Below, piece after piece: positions 28,254-37,906 of a stretch of DNA of 64,000 bases. Each line of letters starts with the position of its first letter. The first letter of the stretch is position 1. The stretch is taken from sequence record LC647030.1. One strand, 5' to 3'. The notes under the pieces were generated by a model. It did not search any database, was not told the origin of the DNA, and saw nothing but the letters and a program-made list of their open reading frames with translations. The DNA comes from Staphylococcus phage vB_SsapH-Golestan-100. Made by a program: the position numbers and the translations under genes.

Positions 28254-28436
28254 TTACAATTCATTCATATGTTCAAGCATGTTATCATAGATAGCAAAAA
28301 TTATGCTACCTGCAATTGGTAAGAAAAAGTCTATAGGCTCATCGTACCAAATATTTGTACCTAACCAACCAAACAAAAAGTTAAAAAATAGTATACCACT
28401 AAAATAACCGATAAACTTCTCTAGTATACGCAGCAT
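28254..28436 (-). CDS. small membrane protein (60 aa)
   Basis: RBS AAGGAGGAG. Confidence 0.5.
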   Translation of the reverse strand: MLRILEKFIGYFSGILFFNFLFGWLGTNIWYDEPIDFFLPIAGSIIFAIYDNMLEHMNEL

Positions 28437-28915
28437 TCCTGCTCCTCCTTAGTTACCCACGTAGCACATAATACCCCATCTCTATCTCTATAAATAAAAG
28501 GCTCTACATTGTTAATGTCATATTGTCTTTGATACTTAGAGTTTGTTCTTCTTTTTTCCATTTCATTAAACTCTAGTATGTGACCTTTTAAAATCGTAAG
28601 TAACCTTTTATTTAGTTTCTCATTATCTTCTAACCTTAGTTTATTTCTAGGAATCCAACAGTAACCAGCAGAACCTACAAGAAGTGTAACTTTCTCATTA
28701 GATACATAACCTTTCATGTCTAGTGACAGTACTAAATGAGTAAAACTAGGTCTAAACTCTCTATCTGAGTCTAAAAACATTCTATGCAACTTGTTTTCCA
28801 TAGTATCTAATTTCTCTTTACGTTCATTGTTTCCCAGCATCATGTATCTGTCTGTGTATGGGCTATCTGTTAGTAGCTCCCTTTTATAAACTTTTAGTTC
28901 ACTAAAAGCAATCAT
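28421..28915 (-). CDS. hypothetical protein
   Basis: The start was moved to the ATG (MIAFSELK…) 9 nt after AAGGAGG. Confidence 0.45.
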   Translation of the reverse strand: MIAFSELKVYKRELLTDSPYTDRYMMLGNNERKEKLDTMENKLHRMFLDSDREFRPSFTHLVLSLDMKGYVSNEKVTLLVGSAGYCWIPRNKLRLEDNEKLNKRLLTILKGHILEFNEMEKRRTNSKYQRQYDINNVEPFIYRDRDGVLCATWVTKEEQECCVY

Positions 28916-29059
28916 TAGTATACTCCTCCTTATCCTTTTCAGGAGAGCCACCCTCATTTTCAAATCTTTCCAACTGCGCTCTTAGTTCTTTGTTTTCTCT
29001 TCTAAGTTCCTCATTTTCCTTTATTAAAGCTTCTTGGTAATCGTAGTCATATTTATTCA
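28901..29059 (-). CDS. small coiled-coil protein (52 aa), not in the ORF track
   Basis: Strong RBS AGGAGG 8 nt before the ATG. The protein is MNKYDYDYQEALIKENEELRRENKELRAQLERF…. Confidence 0.35.
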
Positions 29060-29080
29060 TATAAATAACCTCCTAGAATT

Positions 29081-29416
29081 TTAATCCCAATTTATTCCTA
29101 AATCTAAAACCTCAGATGTTAAGTCTTCCTCATACTTCATCATAGACTCAATTAAACCTCCTAGCTTTTTATGGCTTCTGTAGGCATGGGAGTCCCTTAG
29201 AATGAATTCACCACAAGGATTCTCTTCCATACTTACTACCTCTCTATCAACATAAGTACTTGTTACAAATAACTTAATAGCAATGTCCTTTTTTGTGAAG
29301 AATAAGAAGAAAGAAGTACTCCCTAAATGAACATCGTCTAGTTCATACCCTTTAATAGATTTTCCTTTATTGAGTAAAAAGTAGTTATAAACTTTGATAA
29401 TATTATTCTTTTTCAT
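29081..29416 (-). CDS. hypothetical protein (111 aa)
   Basis: RBS TAGGAGGAT. Confidence 0.5.
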   Translation of the reverse strand: MKKNNIIKVYNYFLLNKGKSIKGYELDDVHLGSTSFFLFFTKKDIAIKLFVTSTYVDREVVSMEENPCGEFILRDSHAYRSHKKLGGLIESMMKYEEDLTSEVLDLGINWD

Positions 29417-29427
29417 TCTGTATCCTC

Positions 29428-29997
29428 CTATTCAAATGACTCTAGATAATCATCTAGCTCTCTTTGTTTAGCTTCCATCTCACTTTGCAAACCTGCATTG
29501 TCAATCTCACTTTGTAACTTATCTACAACTTTTGAATCAGGGTAAAGCTCTCCTTGACTGTTATCCCCTTCTACACCTTCATTACTTAGCTTGAAGTCTA
29601 TGCCATCAATCTCCCCTGTATAGTTTAAGCTAGCAATGTACTCTTCACCTTTAGGATTCACATAGCTAACAGCTTTTCCAGGGTTCATTGTCCAAGTATT
29701 ACCTTCTTGGTCAACGATTCCATTAACATCTTTACCTTCATCAATCATATTCAATACGTCTACCATTTCAGGTGTTGTGTTTTCTTCTGTAGTGTTGTTT
29801 TGTTCAGAACTTTGTTGATTATCATCACCCTTTGGTGTTGACTGTTCTGTTGAACTCTCTCCTTTCTTGTTTTGCTGTGATACTTTGTTACTGCTTAATT
29901 CCTTAACGTTGTCTCTAGTGTCAAAGTAGGCAAATACTCCAAAACCTAATGCTCCTATAAGTGCTACTGCTATAATTGTTAATAATACATTTTTCAT
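29428..29997 (-). CDS. membrane-anchored or secreted protein with a Q/E/S/N-rich linker
   Basis: RBS CAAGGAGG. The N-terminal TM/signal segment is MKNVLLTIIAVALIGALGFGVFAYF. Confidence 0.5.
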   Translation of the reverse strand: MKNVLLTIIAVALIGALGFGVFAYFDTRDNVKELSSNKVSQQNKKGESSTEQSTPKGDDNQQSSEQNNTTEENTTPEMVDVLNMIDEGKDVNGIVDQEGNTWTMNPGKAVSYVNPKGEEYIASLNYTGEIDGIDFKLSNEGVEGDNSQGELYPDSKVVDKLQSEIDNAGLQSEMEAKQRELDDYLESFE

Positions 29998-30065
29998 AAT
30001 TAATACCTCCTTGTTTTATATAATACTACTATAGCATGTTACTTTTGCTATGTCAACAACTTTCT

Positions 30066-30365
30066 TTAAATTCTGTTATACATTTCTTTACACATGTATC
30101 TGATGAAGATTGCCATTGCATAGTTCATATTAACATCTTCATTTTTAAGATAAAAATCATATATAAAATCCCATGCGATAAAAGATATATAAGAGTCTAC
30201 TACTGTACTACCTTTTCTAACTTCAAAACTTAGAACTCCATCCTTATAACTTTTGACTTTAAATTCTGAATCAGTATTTAGTTTCTTAGGGAAGTGCAAC
30301 CATCCTTTTTCATAAAGGTATTCTACTGAGTTATCAAATGCTCTTTTTGCTATATCTTGTTTCAT
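30066..30365 (-). CDS. hypothetical protein
   Basis: The start was moved to the ATG (MKQDIAK…) after TAAGGAGG. Confidence 0.45.
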   Translation of the reverse strand: MKQDIAKRAFDNSVEYLYEKGWLHFPKKLNTDSEFKVKSYKDGVLSFEVRKGSTVVDSYISFIAWDFIYDFYLKNEDVNMNYAMAIFIRYMCKEMYNRI

Positions 30366-30433
30366 AAATAAAACCTCCTTAATGTTTATACTATAAGTAT
30401 ACACTAAGGAGATTAGTAAGTCAACTATTTTAT

Positions 30434-31189
30434 TTAATTTATAACACCATATTGTTTATTATATTCTGCGATAGTACCTCTGTTCTCTAGTTCTTCAAAA
30501 CGCTCATCCATTTCATGGTTACGTAGAATACTTTCTACTACTTCTACCACAGGATGTCTTTGAACTTCCGTTAAGTTAAGGTGGTCAAAGAACTTCTTGT
30601 CTTTATCCTTCTTATATAGACCATCTAGTAACTGATACAAACCATTGCTCTCAGGTTTTCTTAGTGTCTTATCATCACACTGAGCAAAGTTACCTAAGAA
30701 AATAAATTTACTATTATTACCAGCTCTAGTAGCAATTGCACTGATTGTGTTTATGTCTAAGTTTTGAGCTTCATCAATAATAAAGTATACATCATTCAGT
30801 GAACGTCCACGTATAGACTGGATAGAGTCGAAGAAGACTTTTTTACGTGATTCATCTTTACCTTCCATTAATATATAGTCTTTAATGTTACTCTTCTTAT
30901 CCATGACTTCTAGGTTATCCATAAAAGGAGCTACAAATGGGAAAATCTTGTCTTGAGAGTCACCTGGTAAGAACCCTTGAGCCATTCCTATCTCTACTTG
31001 TAGTCTAGTGTAAATAAGCTTACGGTAATCTTTCTGCTCAATAACCTGCTCTAGTCCTACTGCTTGAGAGATTAATGATTTACCACAACCACTTTGTCCT
31101 GAAATAAAAGTAAAAGGTTTGTTGTTTGTTAAATATTGAAAAGCTAACTCTTGTTCCTCATTTTGAGCACTAATTCCAAAATATGACAT
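30434..31189 (-). CDS. phoH: PhoH-like ATPase
   Basis: Walker A ISGQSGCGKSL and a PhoH-family core. Confidence 0.7.
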   Translation of the reverse strand: MSYFGISAQNEEQELAFQYLTNNKPFTFISGQSGCGKSLISQAVGLEQVIEQKDYRKLIYTRLQVEIGMAQGFLPGDSQDKIFPFVAPFMDNLEVMDKKSNIKDYILMEGKDESRKKVFFDSIQSIRGRSLNDVYFIIDEAQNLDINTISAIATRAGNNSKFIFLGNFAQCDDKTLRKPESNGLYQLLDGLYKKDKDKKFFDHLNLTEVQRHPVVEVVESILRNHEMDERFEELENRGTIAEYNKQYGVIN

Positions 31190-31231
31190 ATAATGTACCA
31201 TCCTCTTTAGTTTATTTAACTTCAGTTCTTC

Positions 31232-31411
31232 CTATAATATAATACTTATGATAAATGCTGAGGTGTATAGAGTTACTACCACACCAGCTAGTATAGCATC
31301 AATCTTATCATTCTTCTTTATGCTATGGATAATAATGAAAATATTAGCACCTATAAATGCAATCATTATTAATGCCATGAATACCACAGCCATAATCATT
31401 CCTACACTCAT
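31232..31411 (-). CDS. small membrane protein (59 aa), not in the ORF track
   Basis: Minus-strand ORF MSVGMIMAVVFMALIMIAFIGANIF… starting directly after the upstream stop. Confidence 0.3.
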   Translation of the reverse strand: MSVGMIMAVVFMALIMIAFIGANIFIIIHSIKKNDKIDAILAGVVVTLYTSAFIISIIL

Positions 31412-31819
31412 CTACTCACCGCAAATCCATAAGTAACCAAAAATCATTTTAAGGTCATCAAAGATAAGCTTTTTATAGTACTCATCTTGTTTATCATTAT
31501 CTGTATCTAGCCACTTACTGATGTTTTTTCTGATAAATTTAATTACATTCTCTTCAGTTCTGTTAATACCATCACTGCAATTGAATATTCTATAGTCCAA
31601 ATCTACCCTAACCCCAGCTTCCTGTAAGAATAATCCTAATTGTGCGTATAACTGAACCATAAAGTATCTATCAAAGTTTACCATTGCACTACTTGTAAAA
31701 CCATAGTGAGCAAATTGTGCTTCCTCTTTAGGTGTTTTAGGTGCAGGGCTGATATTGTGTAGTTCTTTGTCCGTGTCCGATAAGTTCAATCCTTCATACA
31801 AAGTTCCTTTAAAGTTCAT
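31412..31819 (-). CDS. hypothetical protein (135 aa)
   Basis: RBS ATAGGAGGAAT. Confidence 0.5.
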   Translation of the reverse strand: MNFKGTLYEGLNLSDTDKELHNISPAPKTPKEEAQFAHYGFTSSAMVNFDRYFMVQLYAQLGLFLQEAGVRVDLDYRIFNCSDGINRTEENVIKFIRKNISKWLDTDNDKQDEYYKKLIFDDLKMIFGYLWICGE

Positions 31820-31894
31820 ATAATTCCTCCTATTTAGCTTTTTTAGCTTGAATTTTTCTTTGGTACTCTTTTAAGTCTTGTCTTTAACTAGGTG

Positions 31895-32293
31895 TTAACA
31901 TTCAAATTCCTCCTTTATCTCATCAACTGTATCCCCAAACTCATTTACAATGTCCAAAGCTAAGTCGTTAAGGTTAATTTTAGGGTCTTGCTTAATTAAA
32001 GCTATACCTACTATTAGAGAGAAGATAGAAGTAGAATCCATCTCTACACTGTTATTGACCTTCAAGGACTCCTTAACTTTAGAGAACAGCTTAGCTTGTT
32101 GTTCTGATTCAAATCTCGTATTATCTACAACCCACTTACCTTTAATAACTTCAATCTTTAATTCAGCGGGTTCATACCCTTCTGAATCTGCATAGTCTAA
32201 AGCTTCTTCATTAGAGTCAAAGTCTTTAAACCATCCATTACCTGTTCTGAGAGTTAATCTATAGATGTCTTTTTCTTTTTTAATATTATCCAT
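31895..32293 (-). CDS. hypothetical protein (132 aa)
   Basis: RBS ATAGGAGGTT. Confidence 0.5.
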   Translation of the reverse strand: MDNIKKEKDIYRLTLRTGNGWFKDFDSNEEALDYADSEGYEPAELKIEVIKGKWVVDNTRFESEQQAKLFSKVKESLKVNNSVEMDSTSIFSLIVGIALIKQDPKINLNDLALDIVNEFGDTVDEIKEEFEC

Positions 32294-32308
32294 AACAATA
32301 ACCTCCTA

Positions 32309-32785
32309 TTAATTAAACTTACTGAATGCTCCATGTCTCTCGAATCCTGTAACTAAACTCTTATACTCCCTCTTAAATACCTTATAGTTATTTGTCATAA
32401 TTGTAAAGTTTTCAAACTCCTCTTGCTTAGCTAACTGATTAACACCAAAGTGTTCTTCAATATAAGTAATATGAGGTAAGTCAAGTACATTCTCCTTAGA
32501 GCCATCATCTAGTTCATGATACATAAGCACGCCTACTAGTGAATCTGCTGTTGACCATAAAGGTCTCTCTTTGTTAGACTCATACATGTTATCGTAACTG
32601 CTTGTTAAGTTATCTGTCTTGTACGCTATTAAAACATCACTACTAGTTAGAAACTCTCCAAATTTATCCTCTGTTTCTTTATATAAACATTTACTACCTT
32701 CTTTATACTCAAACCATAATACATCTTCTAAAGGTATAAAGAAGCTTTCTAAATTCTCTAATTGTAACTCTAAATAAGTTTTCAT
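32309..32785 (-). CDS. hypothetical protein
   Basis: The start was moved to the ATG (MKTYLEL…) after GAGGAGAG. Confidence 0.45.
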   Translation of the reverse strand: MKTYLELQLENLESFFIPLEDVLWFEYKEGSKCLYKETEDKFGEFLTSSDVLIAYKTDNLTSSYDNMYESNKERPLWSTADSLVGVLMYHELDDGSKENVLDLPHITYIEEHFGVNQLAKQEEFENFTIMTNNYKVFKREYKSLVTGFERHGAFSKFN

Positions 32786-32786
32786 A

Positions 32787-32948
32787 TTATCTCTCCTCAT
32801 AATGTACTATCGCTACATGGTCTCCTGTTGAACCATCAAAATAACAACTTATATTCAAAACTGTTACTCCAGCTTTTCTAACAAAACTATTCAATTCTTT
32901 TTGTAACTCAAATGCGTATTCCTTCTTAAACATTTTTACCTTTTCCAT
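32787..32948 (-). CDS. small hypothetical protein (53 aa), not in the ORF track
   Basis: Minus-strand ORF MEKVKMFKKEYAFELQKELNSF… starting at the upstream stop. Confidence 0.3.
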   Translation of the reverse strand: MEKVKMFKKEYAFELQKELNSFVRKAGVTVLNISCYFDGSTGDHVAIVHYEER

Positions 32949-33374
32949 CTACTCCACCAACCTTCCATCACGCCAAATTAAAGTATGAGTTCCGTCATCG
33001 TTTACAATGTGGAGTGTTTTCACTGATTCTCCATGCATCCCTGCTTTATCCAACATAAGTTTAATTGTATAGTCTTCATCTATTCTCGCACGCTGATAAC
33101 CAAAGCCATTCTCTAAATACGTCTTTTTAAATGTTGTCATTAGCTTAGGTATCACCGTATCTTCTGTTAATTCTTCCTCTATTTCTACAGTGAAGGTATC
33201 ACTTTTATCTACTGTGCTTGAAAATTGAGGCAATCCTGATTCATTAAAAAACACTTCTGAAATATACTCTTCAACATTACTAGCTCTATACCATGTGTTT
33301 GTTACATCGTTTTCAAATCCCCACTCAATCAACTGTGGTAAACTCATAGTTTTCTTAGTTTTAATTTTAACCAT
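32949..33374 (-). CDS. hypothetical protein (141 aa)
   Basis: RBS AAGGGAGGAAAAG. Confidence 0.5.
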   Translation of the reverse strand: MVKIKTKKTMSLPQLIEWGFENDVTNTWYRASNVEEYISEVFFNESGLPQFSSTVDKSDTFTVEIEEELTEDTVIPKLMTTFKKTYLENGFGYQRARIDEDYTIKLMLDKAGMHGESVKTLHIVNDDGTHTLIWRDGRLVE

Positions 33375-33375
33375 A

Positions 33376-33780
33376 TTACTTTTCCTCCCTTATATGATAC
33401 ATACTTAGTATCTCTTCTTTAATGTCTTCATCAAAGTTTTTAAAGTATGAACTAGTTCTATTATACTTGCTAGGTTTAGCTCTGTCAATACATCCTATAC
33501 TTAATCTATTTTTAACATTGTTCAGCCTAGTACGACCTCCTAAACTCTCATACATAACCTCTAGCTCTTCTAGATGGGCTTTTTTAAGTCTACGCTCTTG
33601 TAGAAATCTCTGTGTGTGTAAGTACATTTGTGTACCTTCTGATGCACTAAAGTTGGTATCTGCAATTTTATTAAATATGCGTACCATATCCTCATCCAAT
33701 TTCTTTATCTCCAGTCTATACATCTCTATTGATGACTCTAAAGCAGCTAACTCTGCATAAATAATCGCAATTGAGTTCAT
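33376..33780 (-). CDS. hypothetical protein (134 aa)
   Basis: RBS AAGGGGGT. Confidence 0.5.
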   Translation of the reverse strand: MNSIAIIYAELAALESSIEMYRLEIKKLDEDMVRIFNKIADTNFSASEGTQMYLHTQRFLQERRLKKAHLEELEVMYESLGGRTRLNNVKNRLSIGCIDRAKPSKYNRTSSYFKNFDEDIKEEILSMYHIREEK

Positions 33781-34447
33781 TAACGTTTACCCCCTTATCA
33801 GTTAAGTAGTTCTTAATAGCAATATACTCTCTCATACCACCAAGACGTTCAAATTCCTTTTTCATAGAAGCTAATGATGTGCTCTTTTCTGTCTCTCTAG
33901 ACTTTCTTACTTGATACTGTAAAGCTTTCATAACATTGTACATGTCAGAGGCTCCCATTACTTCTGATTCTATAGTATGATAGATGTCTTGTATCTCTTT
34001 GTTGTAAGAGTTAAAATCTTTATCCTGTGAGTTCTCTTTCTCTAATATGGAATTTTTAAGCTCTTTCATATGTCTAAACTTATTTACATGCTTATCTTCA
34101 GGATTTGGTTTCTTCAAAAGCTTTTGGTATTTCTTTGGTATCTTACCCATTTCATTTTCCTCCTTTTTTAATAACCGTTTTACGTAATCAGAACCAAAGT
34201 TCTTACTTGCATACATAGAAGTCAGTTGCTTAGCTGTGTAACTTACGTAGCTGTGTTCGTGGAAATAACTTTGTAACTTTCCTATAATCTCATTACTTTT
34301 CTTTTTTAGCTTATCACGTTCTGCTACTATCTTATGAGGTATTGTGTTACCCTCCACTAATGTATTAGGGTTAACTAATAGTTGCTCCTTCATAGGTTTT
34401 ACTTCCTCTAGTATAGATATTACGTAGTCTGTATTAAAATCTTCCAT
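33716..34447 (-). CDS. hypothetical basic protein (243 aa)
   Basis: RBS AAAAGGAAGAGGG. The 3' end overlaps the downstream gene by 65 nt. Confidence 0.45.
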   Translation of the reverse strand: MEDFNTDYVISILEEVKPMKEQLLVNPNTLVEGNTIPHKIVAERDKLKKKSNEIIGKLQSYFHEHSYVSYTAKQLTSMYASKNFGSDYVKRLLKKEENEMGKIPKKYQKLLKKPNPEDKHVNKFRHMKELKNSILEKENSQDKDFNSYNKEIQDIYHTIESEVMGASDMYNVMKALQYQVRKSRETEKSTSLASMKKEFERLGGMREYIAIKNYLTDKGVNVNELNCDYLCRVSCFRVINRDV

Positions 34448-34504
34448 TATAATGCCCTCTTCCTTTTATATCTCTGCCACCTTTTTAGGTAGCAGGTAAG
34501 ATGA

Positions 34505-34927
34505 TTATAACAACTCTGTCATAACTTTGTCAAGCTCTTCTACTTCATCTCTTGTAACTTGAATAAAGTTATTATTAATTTCAAAGTTAATAATGTCTGC
34601 GCCTTGAACATAAAACAAGTTCTTGATAAAGTCTCCGACAACTGATACGATTTCTTCCTTAGTTACAAACTCTAAGTCATAAAACCAAGTGATTTTACGT
34701 CCTAATCTTGCAAAGTATCTATCATTCATTGTTCTAGTCTTACGGACTAATAATCCTGTAGCTTCTTCTGATGAGAAGTCCACATCTGCAAACTCTGATT
34801 CAATTGCGTTCCCTAATACTTCATTGACATCGTAGTAGTCATCCATAAACCTTGCATCTACATAGCTATTACCTTCTGTATCTGATTCAGGTACTAATAC
34901 TGAGATTCTATTCTTTAATACTAACAT
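34505..34927 (-). CDS. hypothetical acidic protein (140 aa); first gene of the minus block
   Basis: The ORF is preceded by a non-coding leader in the divergent region. Confidence 0.5.
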   Translation of the reverse strand: MLVLKNRISVLVPESDTEGNSYVDARFMDDYYDVNEVLGNAIESEFADVDFSSEEATGLLVRKTRTMNDRYFARLGRKITWFYDLEFVTKEEIVSVVGDFIKNLFYVQGADIINFEINNNFIQVTRDEVEELDKVMTELL

Positions 34928-35078
34928 TAAAATTCCCCATTTCCTTTGTGTTTTTGTTTTCTAGTGTATTTAGTCTTGTCTTGCTTAATCTGAGTTTGGG
35001 GTTTTATCTCCCAAGTTGCTCTTGTCTGACTAAGCTTTCCTATAGTAGTTCTTTTTCTTTTCAATATAAACCCTCCTA

Positions 35079-35258
35079 TTAGTAAAAGTACTGCATTACT
35101 GAAGCTCTACCCATCAAGTAGAACGTTAAAGCTGTCCATATCAATAATATACCACATATTACTAATGTTGGAATTGTGATTTCATACGTAGGTGTCAAAC
35201 TTCTAAATAAGAATATAACCATCGGAATTGCGAAAATGATAAAAATGAAAAACATCAT
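35079..35258 (-). CDS. small membrane protein (59 aa)
   Basis: Start ATGATG after AAGAGG (MMFFIFIIFAIPMVIF…). The longer ORF-track version, which translates poly(A) into a K-run, is rejected. Confidence 0.35.
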   Translation of the reverse strand: MMFFIFIIFAIPMVIFLFRSLTPTYEITIPTLVICGILLIWTALTFYLMGRASVMQYFY

Positions 35259-35275
35259 CTTAAAAACCTCTTTTC

Positions 35276-35297
35276 TTTTTTTTTTTTTTTTTTGACA
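35276..35297 (+). promoter_or_regulatory. T18 homopolymer abutting TTGACA (UP-element-like tract) at a divergent junction
   Basis: T-run at 35276-35293 followed immediately by TTGACA at 35292-35297. The -10 box is ambiguous. Confidence 0.35.
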
Positions 35298-35347
35298 TTT
35301 ATAGATAAGTATGCTAAGGTAGTTATATACAATAAGGAGGAGATTGA

Positions 35348-35806
35348 ATGCGCAATATAGTAACAAGAGGTAGATTATATGAATTATTTATGGAAGATAG
35401 TGAGAGAAGTAAACTTAATAAAGGTGATTTTATAGCTAAAATGCCTAGTATTAGACACGACAAAGAAGAAAAAGGCATTAAGTTTTATTTCAACTTTACT
35501 AAAGATAACAATAATAGTGATTTTGACTCATTTACTATCTTAGTAACTACCGATAGAGAACATTTAGAAAAAGACAGTATAGAACTAGCACTTATAGGTA
35601 TGAAACCAGGAGTAGTGTTTAAAAAAGTAAACAATGATTTTGATACATTCTTTAAAACGTTTATTCAATTAAGAGATGAATATATAGAGTTTAAAGGTGA
35701 ATTTAAAGAATCAAACAAAGAAAAAATAAAAATAAGTAGAGAAGTAGAAGAGTTAAGGAATAAAGAAATGAAAGCTATGAAGGATTCTTTAAATAAATAT
35801 GTATAA
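35348..35806 (+). CDS. hypothetical protein (152 aa); first gene of the plus block
   Basis: RBS ATAAGGAGGAG. Confidence 0.55.
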   Translation: MRNIVTRGRLYELFMEDSERSKLNKGDFIAKMPSIRHDKEEKGIKFYFNFTKDNNNSDFDSFTILVTTDREHLEKDSIELALIGMKPGVVFKKVNNDFDTFFKTFIQLRDEYIEFKGEFKESNKEKIKISREVEELRNKEMKAMKDSLNKYV

Positions 35807-35823
35807 ATTAGGAGGTAATAAAT

Positions 35824-36186
35824 ATGGGTATTAATTTATCTAAAATAACAAAAGAAAATGAAGATTTAATACGTCAAAGTTTTAGAGATAACTTAGATGA
35901 GATAGAAGAGTTATTTGTTAAAGACTTAAAGTTTGTGGCAGACGTAGACAGCGTTGGAAGACCTGGTGAAAATCTACCTCAATATATTGAAAAGCTTATG
36001 GATTCTTTTAAAGAGTTAAATATAACAAAACAAAGAATAAGTCATTTAACAGAAGCTAACCGTTCTGCTAGAGAGATAAACAAACACTTATTAGGTGAAG
36101 ATGCCTACAAGCGTACACAAGAGGTATTAGAGCTTGTGAACAGCATTGTAAACAAGGAGGACTATGAAGATGAGAATATTTTTTAG
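35824..36186 (+). CDS. hypothetical protein (120 aa)
   Basis: RBS TTAGGAGGTAAT. Confidence 0.5.
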   Translation: MGINLSKITKENEDLIRQSFRDNLDEIEELFVKDLKFVADVDSVGRPGENLPQYIEKLMDSFKELNITKQRISHLTEANRSAREINKHLLGEDAYKRTQEVLELVNSIVNKEDYEDENIF

Positions 36187-36361
36187 CGGAGCTTTTACAG
36201 CTATCGTAATTTACTTTATATTAAAAGTTTTATTGTTGTTATCAGGTATGAATATAGATGGGCTAAAAGGTGATGAGTTGTATACTGTGAACTGCATATT
36301 AGTTATGGCATTCATTTGCGGTGCAGTAAGTCAAGCTATAAAACAGATAAAGGAGGGATAA
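36164..36361 (+). CDS. small membrane protein (65 aa)
   Basis: RBS AAGGAGG and hydrophobic helices. Confidence 0.45.
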   Translation: MKMRIFFSGAFTAIVIYFILKVLLLLSGMNIDGLKGDELYTVNCILVMAFICGAVSQAIKQIKEG

Positions 36362-36364
36362 AGT

Positions 36365-37060
36365 ATGGCTATTTACGTAATACCTGACATTCATGGAGAG
36401 TATGGAAAGCTAATGACAGTGATGGATACAATCAATAAAGAAAGAAGACCTGAAGATACTATCGTATTCCTAGGTGACTATATAGATAGAGGTAAAAGGT
36501 CTAAGGATGTTGTAAACTATGTGTTTGACTTAGTAGCTAATGATGATAATGTAGTAGCTCTATTAGGAAATCACGATGATGAATTTTACAGTATCATGGA
36601 AAATGTAGAACGGTTAAGTATTTATAACATTGAATGGCTATCAAGGTATTGTATAGAAACACTTAATTCTTATGGTGTAAGTACTGTAACTTTAAAATAT
36701 AAAAGTGTAGAAGATAACTTAAGAAATCACTATGATTTTATTAAGAGTGAACTAATTAAGCTTAAAGAATCAGAAGACTATAGAAAGTTTAAAATACTTA
36801 TGGTTAATTGCAGAAAGTATTATAAAGAAGGTAAGTATATATTTTCCCATTCAGGAGGAGTTAGTTGGAAACCTATAGAAGAACAAACAGTAGACCAGCT
36901 ACTATGGTCTAGAGATTTTCAACCTAGAAAAGATGGACTCATTCACGTATGTGGTCATACACCTACAAAAAGTGGAGAAGTAGAGGAGATAAATGACATG
37001 CTACTATGTGATGTTGGCGTAGTGTTTAGAGAAATAGAATTCCCATTAATAAAGCTTTAA
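36365..37060 (+). CDS. calcineurin-like metallophosphoesterase (Ser/Thr protein-phosphatase type)
   Basis: Motifs DIHGEY, GDYIDRG and GNHD. RBS AAGGAGGGAT. Confidence 0.75.
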   Translation: MAIYVIPDIHGEYGKLMTVMDTINKERRPEDTIVFLGDYIDRGKRSKDVVNYVFDLVANDDNVVALLGNHDDEFYSIMENVERLSIYNIEWLSRYCIETLNSYGVSTVTLKYKSVEDNLRNHYDFIKSELIKLKESEDYRKFKILMVNCRKYYKEGKYIFSHSGGVSWKPIEEQTVDQLLWSRDFQPRKDGLIHVCGHTPTKSGEVEEINDMLLCDVGVVFREIEFPLIKL

Positions 37061-37064
37061 TCAA

Positions 37065-37092
37065 TCACCTATCTTAACTGATAGGTGTTTTT
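37065..37092 (+). terminator. rho-independent terminator
   Basis: CACCTATC-TTAACT-GATAGGTG followed by T6. Confidence 0.65.
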
Positions 37093-37163
37093 TAGTTAAT
37101 GTTGTTGCATATGGTCTATATGTGATATAATAAAAAGAAAAGAAAGAAATTTGGTGAACAAAA

Positions 37164-37391
37164 ATGATAACAATACAACGATTTAACAATATACTTGATG
37201 AAGCTATCATAGATAGTGTAACTTTAAAAGACATAGAGGTAGATGGTAAAGTCTATCCTGCAATTATAAATGAACCTGATAGCAAAGTAACTTTTCTAGA
37301 ACTATCAGGAAATGACTACAAGCCTAGCGTTATGGTTTATATGTATAGAGGTAATTTAGTAACAGTACCTTGTAAACTTGAAACTTTTTAA
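37164..37391 (+). CDS. hypothetical protein (75 aa)
   Basis: ORF with a weak RBS. Confidence 0.4.
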   Translation: MITIQRFNNILDEAIIDSVTLKDIEVDGKVYPAIINEPDSKVTFLELSGNDYKPSVMVYMYRGNLVTVPCKLETF

Positions 37392-37458
37392 ATAAAATAG
37401 TTGACATTACCTATATTAAAGTGATAGACTATATTTATATTAAAGGAAGGGTGATAGT

Positions 37459-37689
37459 ATGAACAAGCTTAATAGATGGATTAACGATAAAGTTATGAAA
37501 AAAGAGTATAAAACTTATGAAGTTCATATACAGCATAACTTTAAAGAACCTTATAAGTCTTATGAGTTTTTTATAGAGGAAGAAGCTAAAAGTAAGCAAG
37601 AAGCAGTAGAAAATGTAAAAAGATTTATTAGTAAACACGCTAATCCAGGAGATAATTATAAAGTAGTAAAAGCCAAAAGGGTGAAGTAA
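37459..37689 (+). CDS. hypothetical basic protein (76 aa)
   Basis: RBS AAGGAAGGGTG. Confidence 0.5.
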   Translation: MNKLNRWINDKVMKKEYKTYEVHIQHNFKEPYKSYEFFIEEEAKSKQEAVENVKRFISKHANPGDNYKVVKAKRVK

Positions 37690-37690
37690 T

Positions 37691-37906
37691 ATGGTAAAAA
37701 AACTGCAACGTGTTAGACAAGAGCAGGGATTATCATTAAAAAATTTAGCGGATAACATAGGCGTACATCCAACTACCATAAACTATTGGGAGCATGGTAA
37801 ACGTAATCCTAAAAGTGTTAATAGAATGATGTTAGAGGAAGAGCTTGGTAAGCCTATAGATTTTTTATTAGAGGAGGATAATAATGACAGAACTAAACAT
37901 AGATAG
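37691..37906 (+). CDS. XRE-family helix-turn-helix transcriptional regulator
   Basis: LSLKNLADNIGVHPTTINYWEHGKRNP is a canonical HTH_XRE. Confidence 0.65.
   Translation: MVKKLQRVRQEQGLSLKNLADNIGVHPTTINYWEHGKRNPKSVNRMMLEEELGKPIDFLLEEDNNDRTKHR

Noticed and set aside
31248-31436. Plus-strand 62-aa hydrophobic ORF in the minus block
   Set aside because: It is the antisense of a better-positioned minus-strand membrane ORF (31232..31411) that starts immediately after the upstream stop. Polarity of the block favours the minus strand.
37691-37906. XRE-family HTH as evidence for a lysogeny module
   Set aside because: There is no integrase, CI-like full-length repressor or attachment-site signature in the window. 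The gene is one of many small early ORFs in an otherwise lytic architecture.
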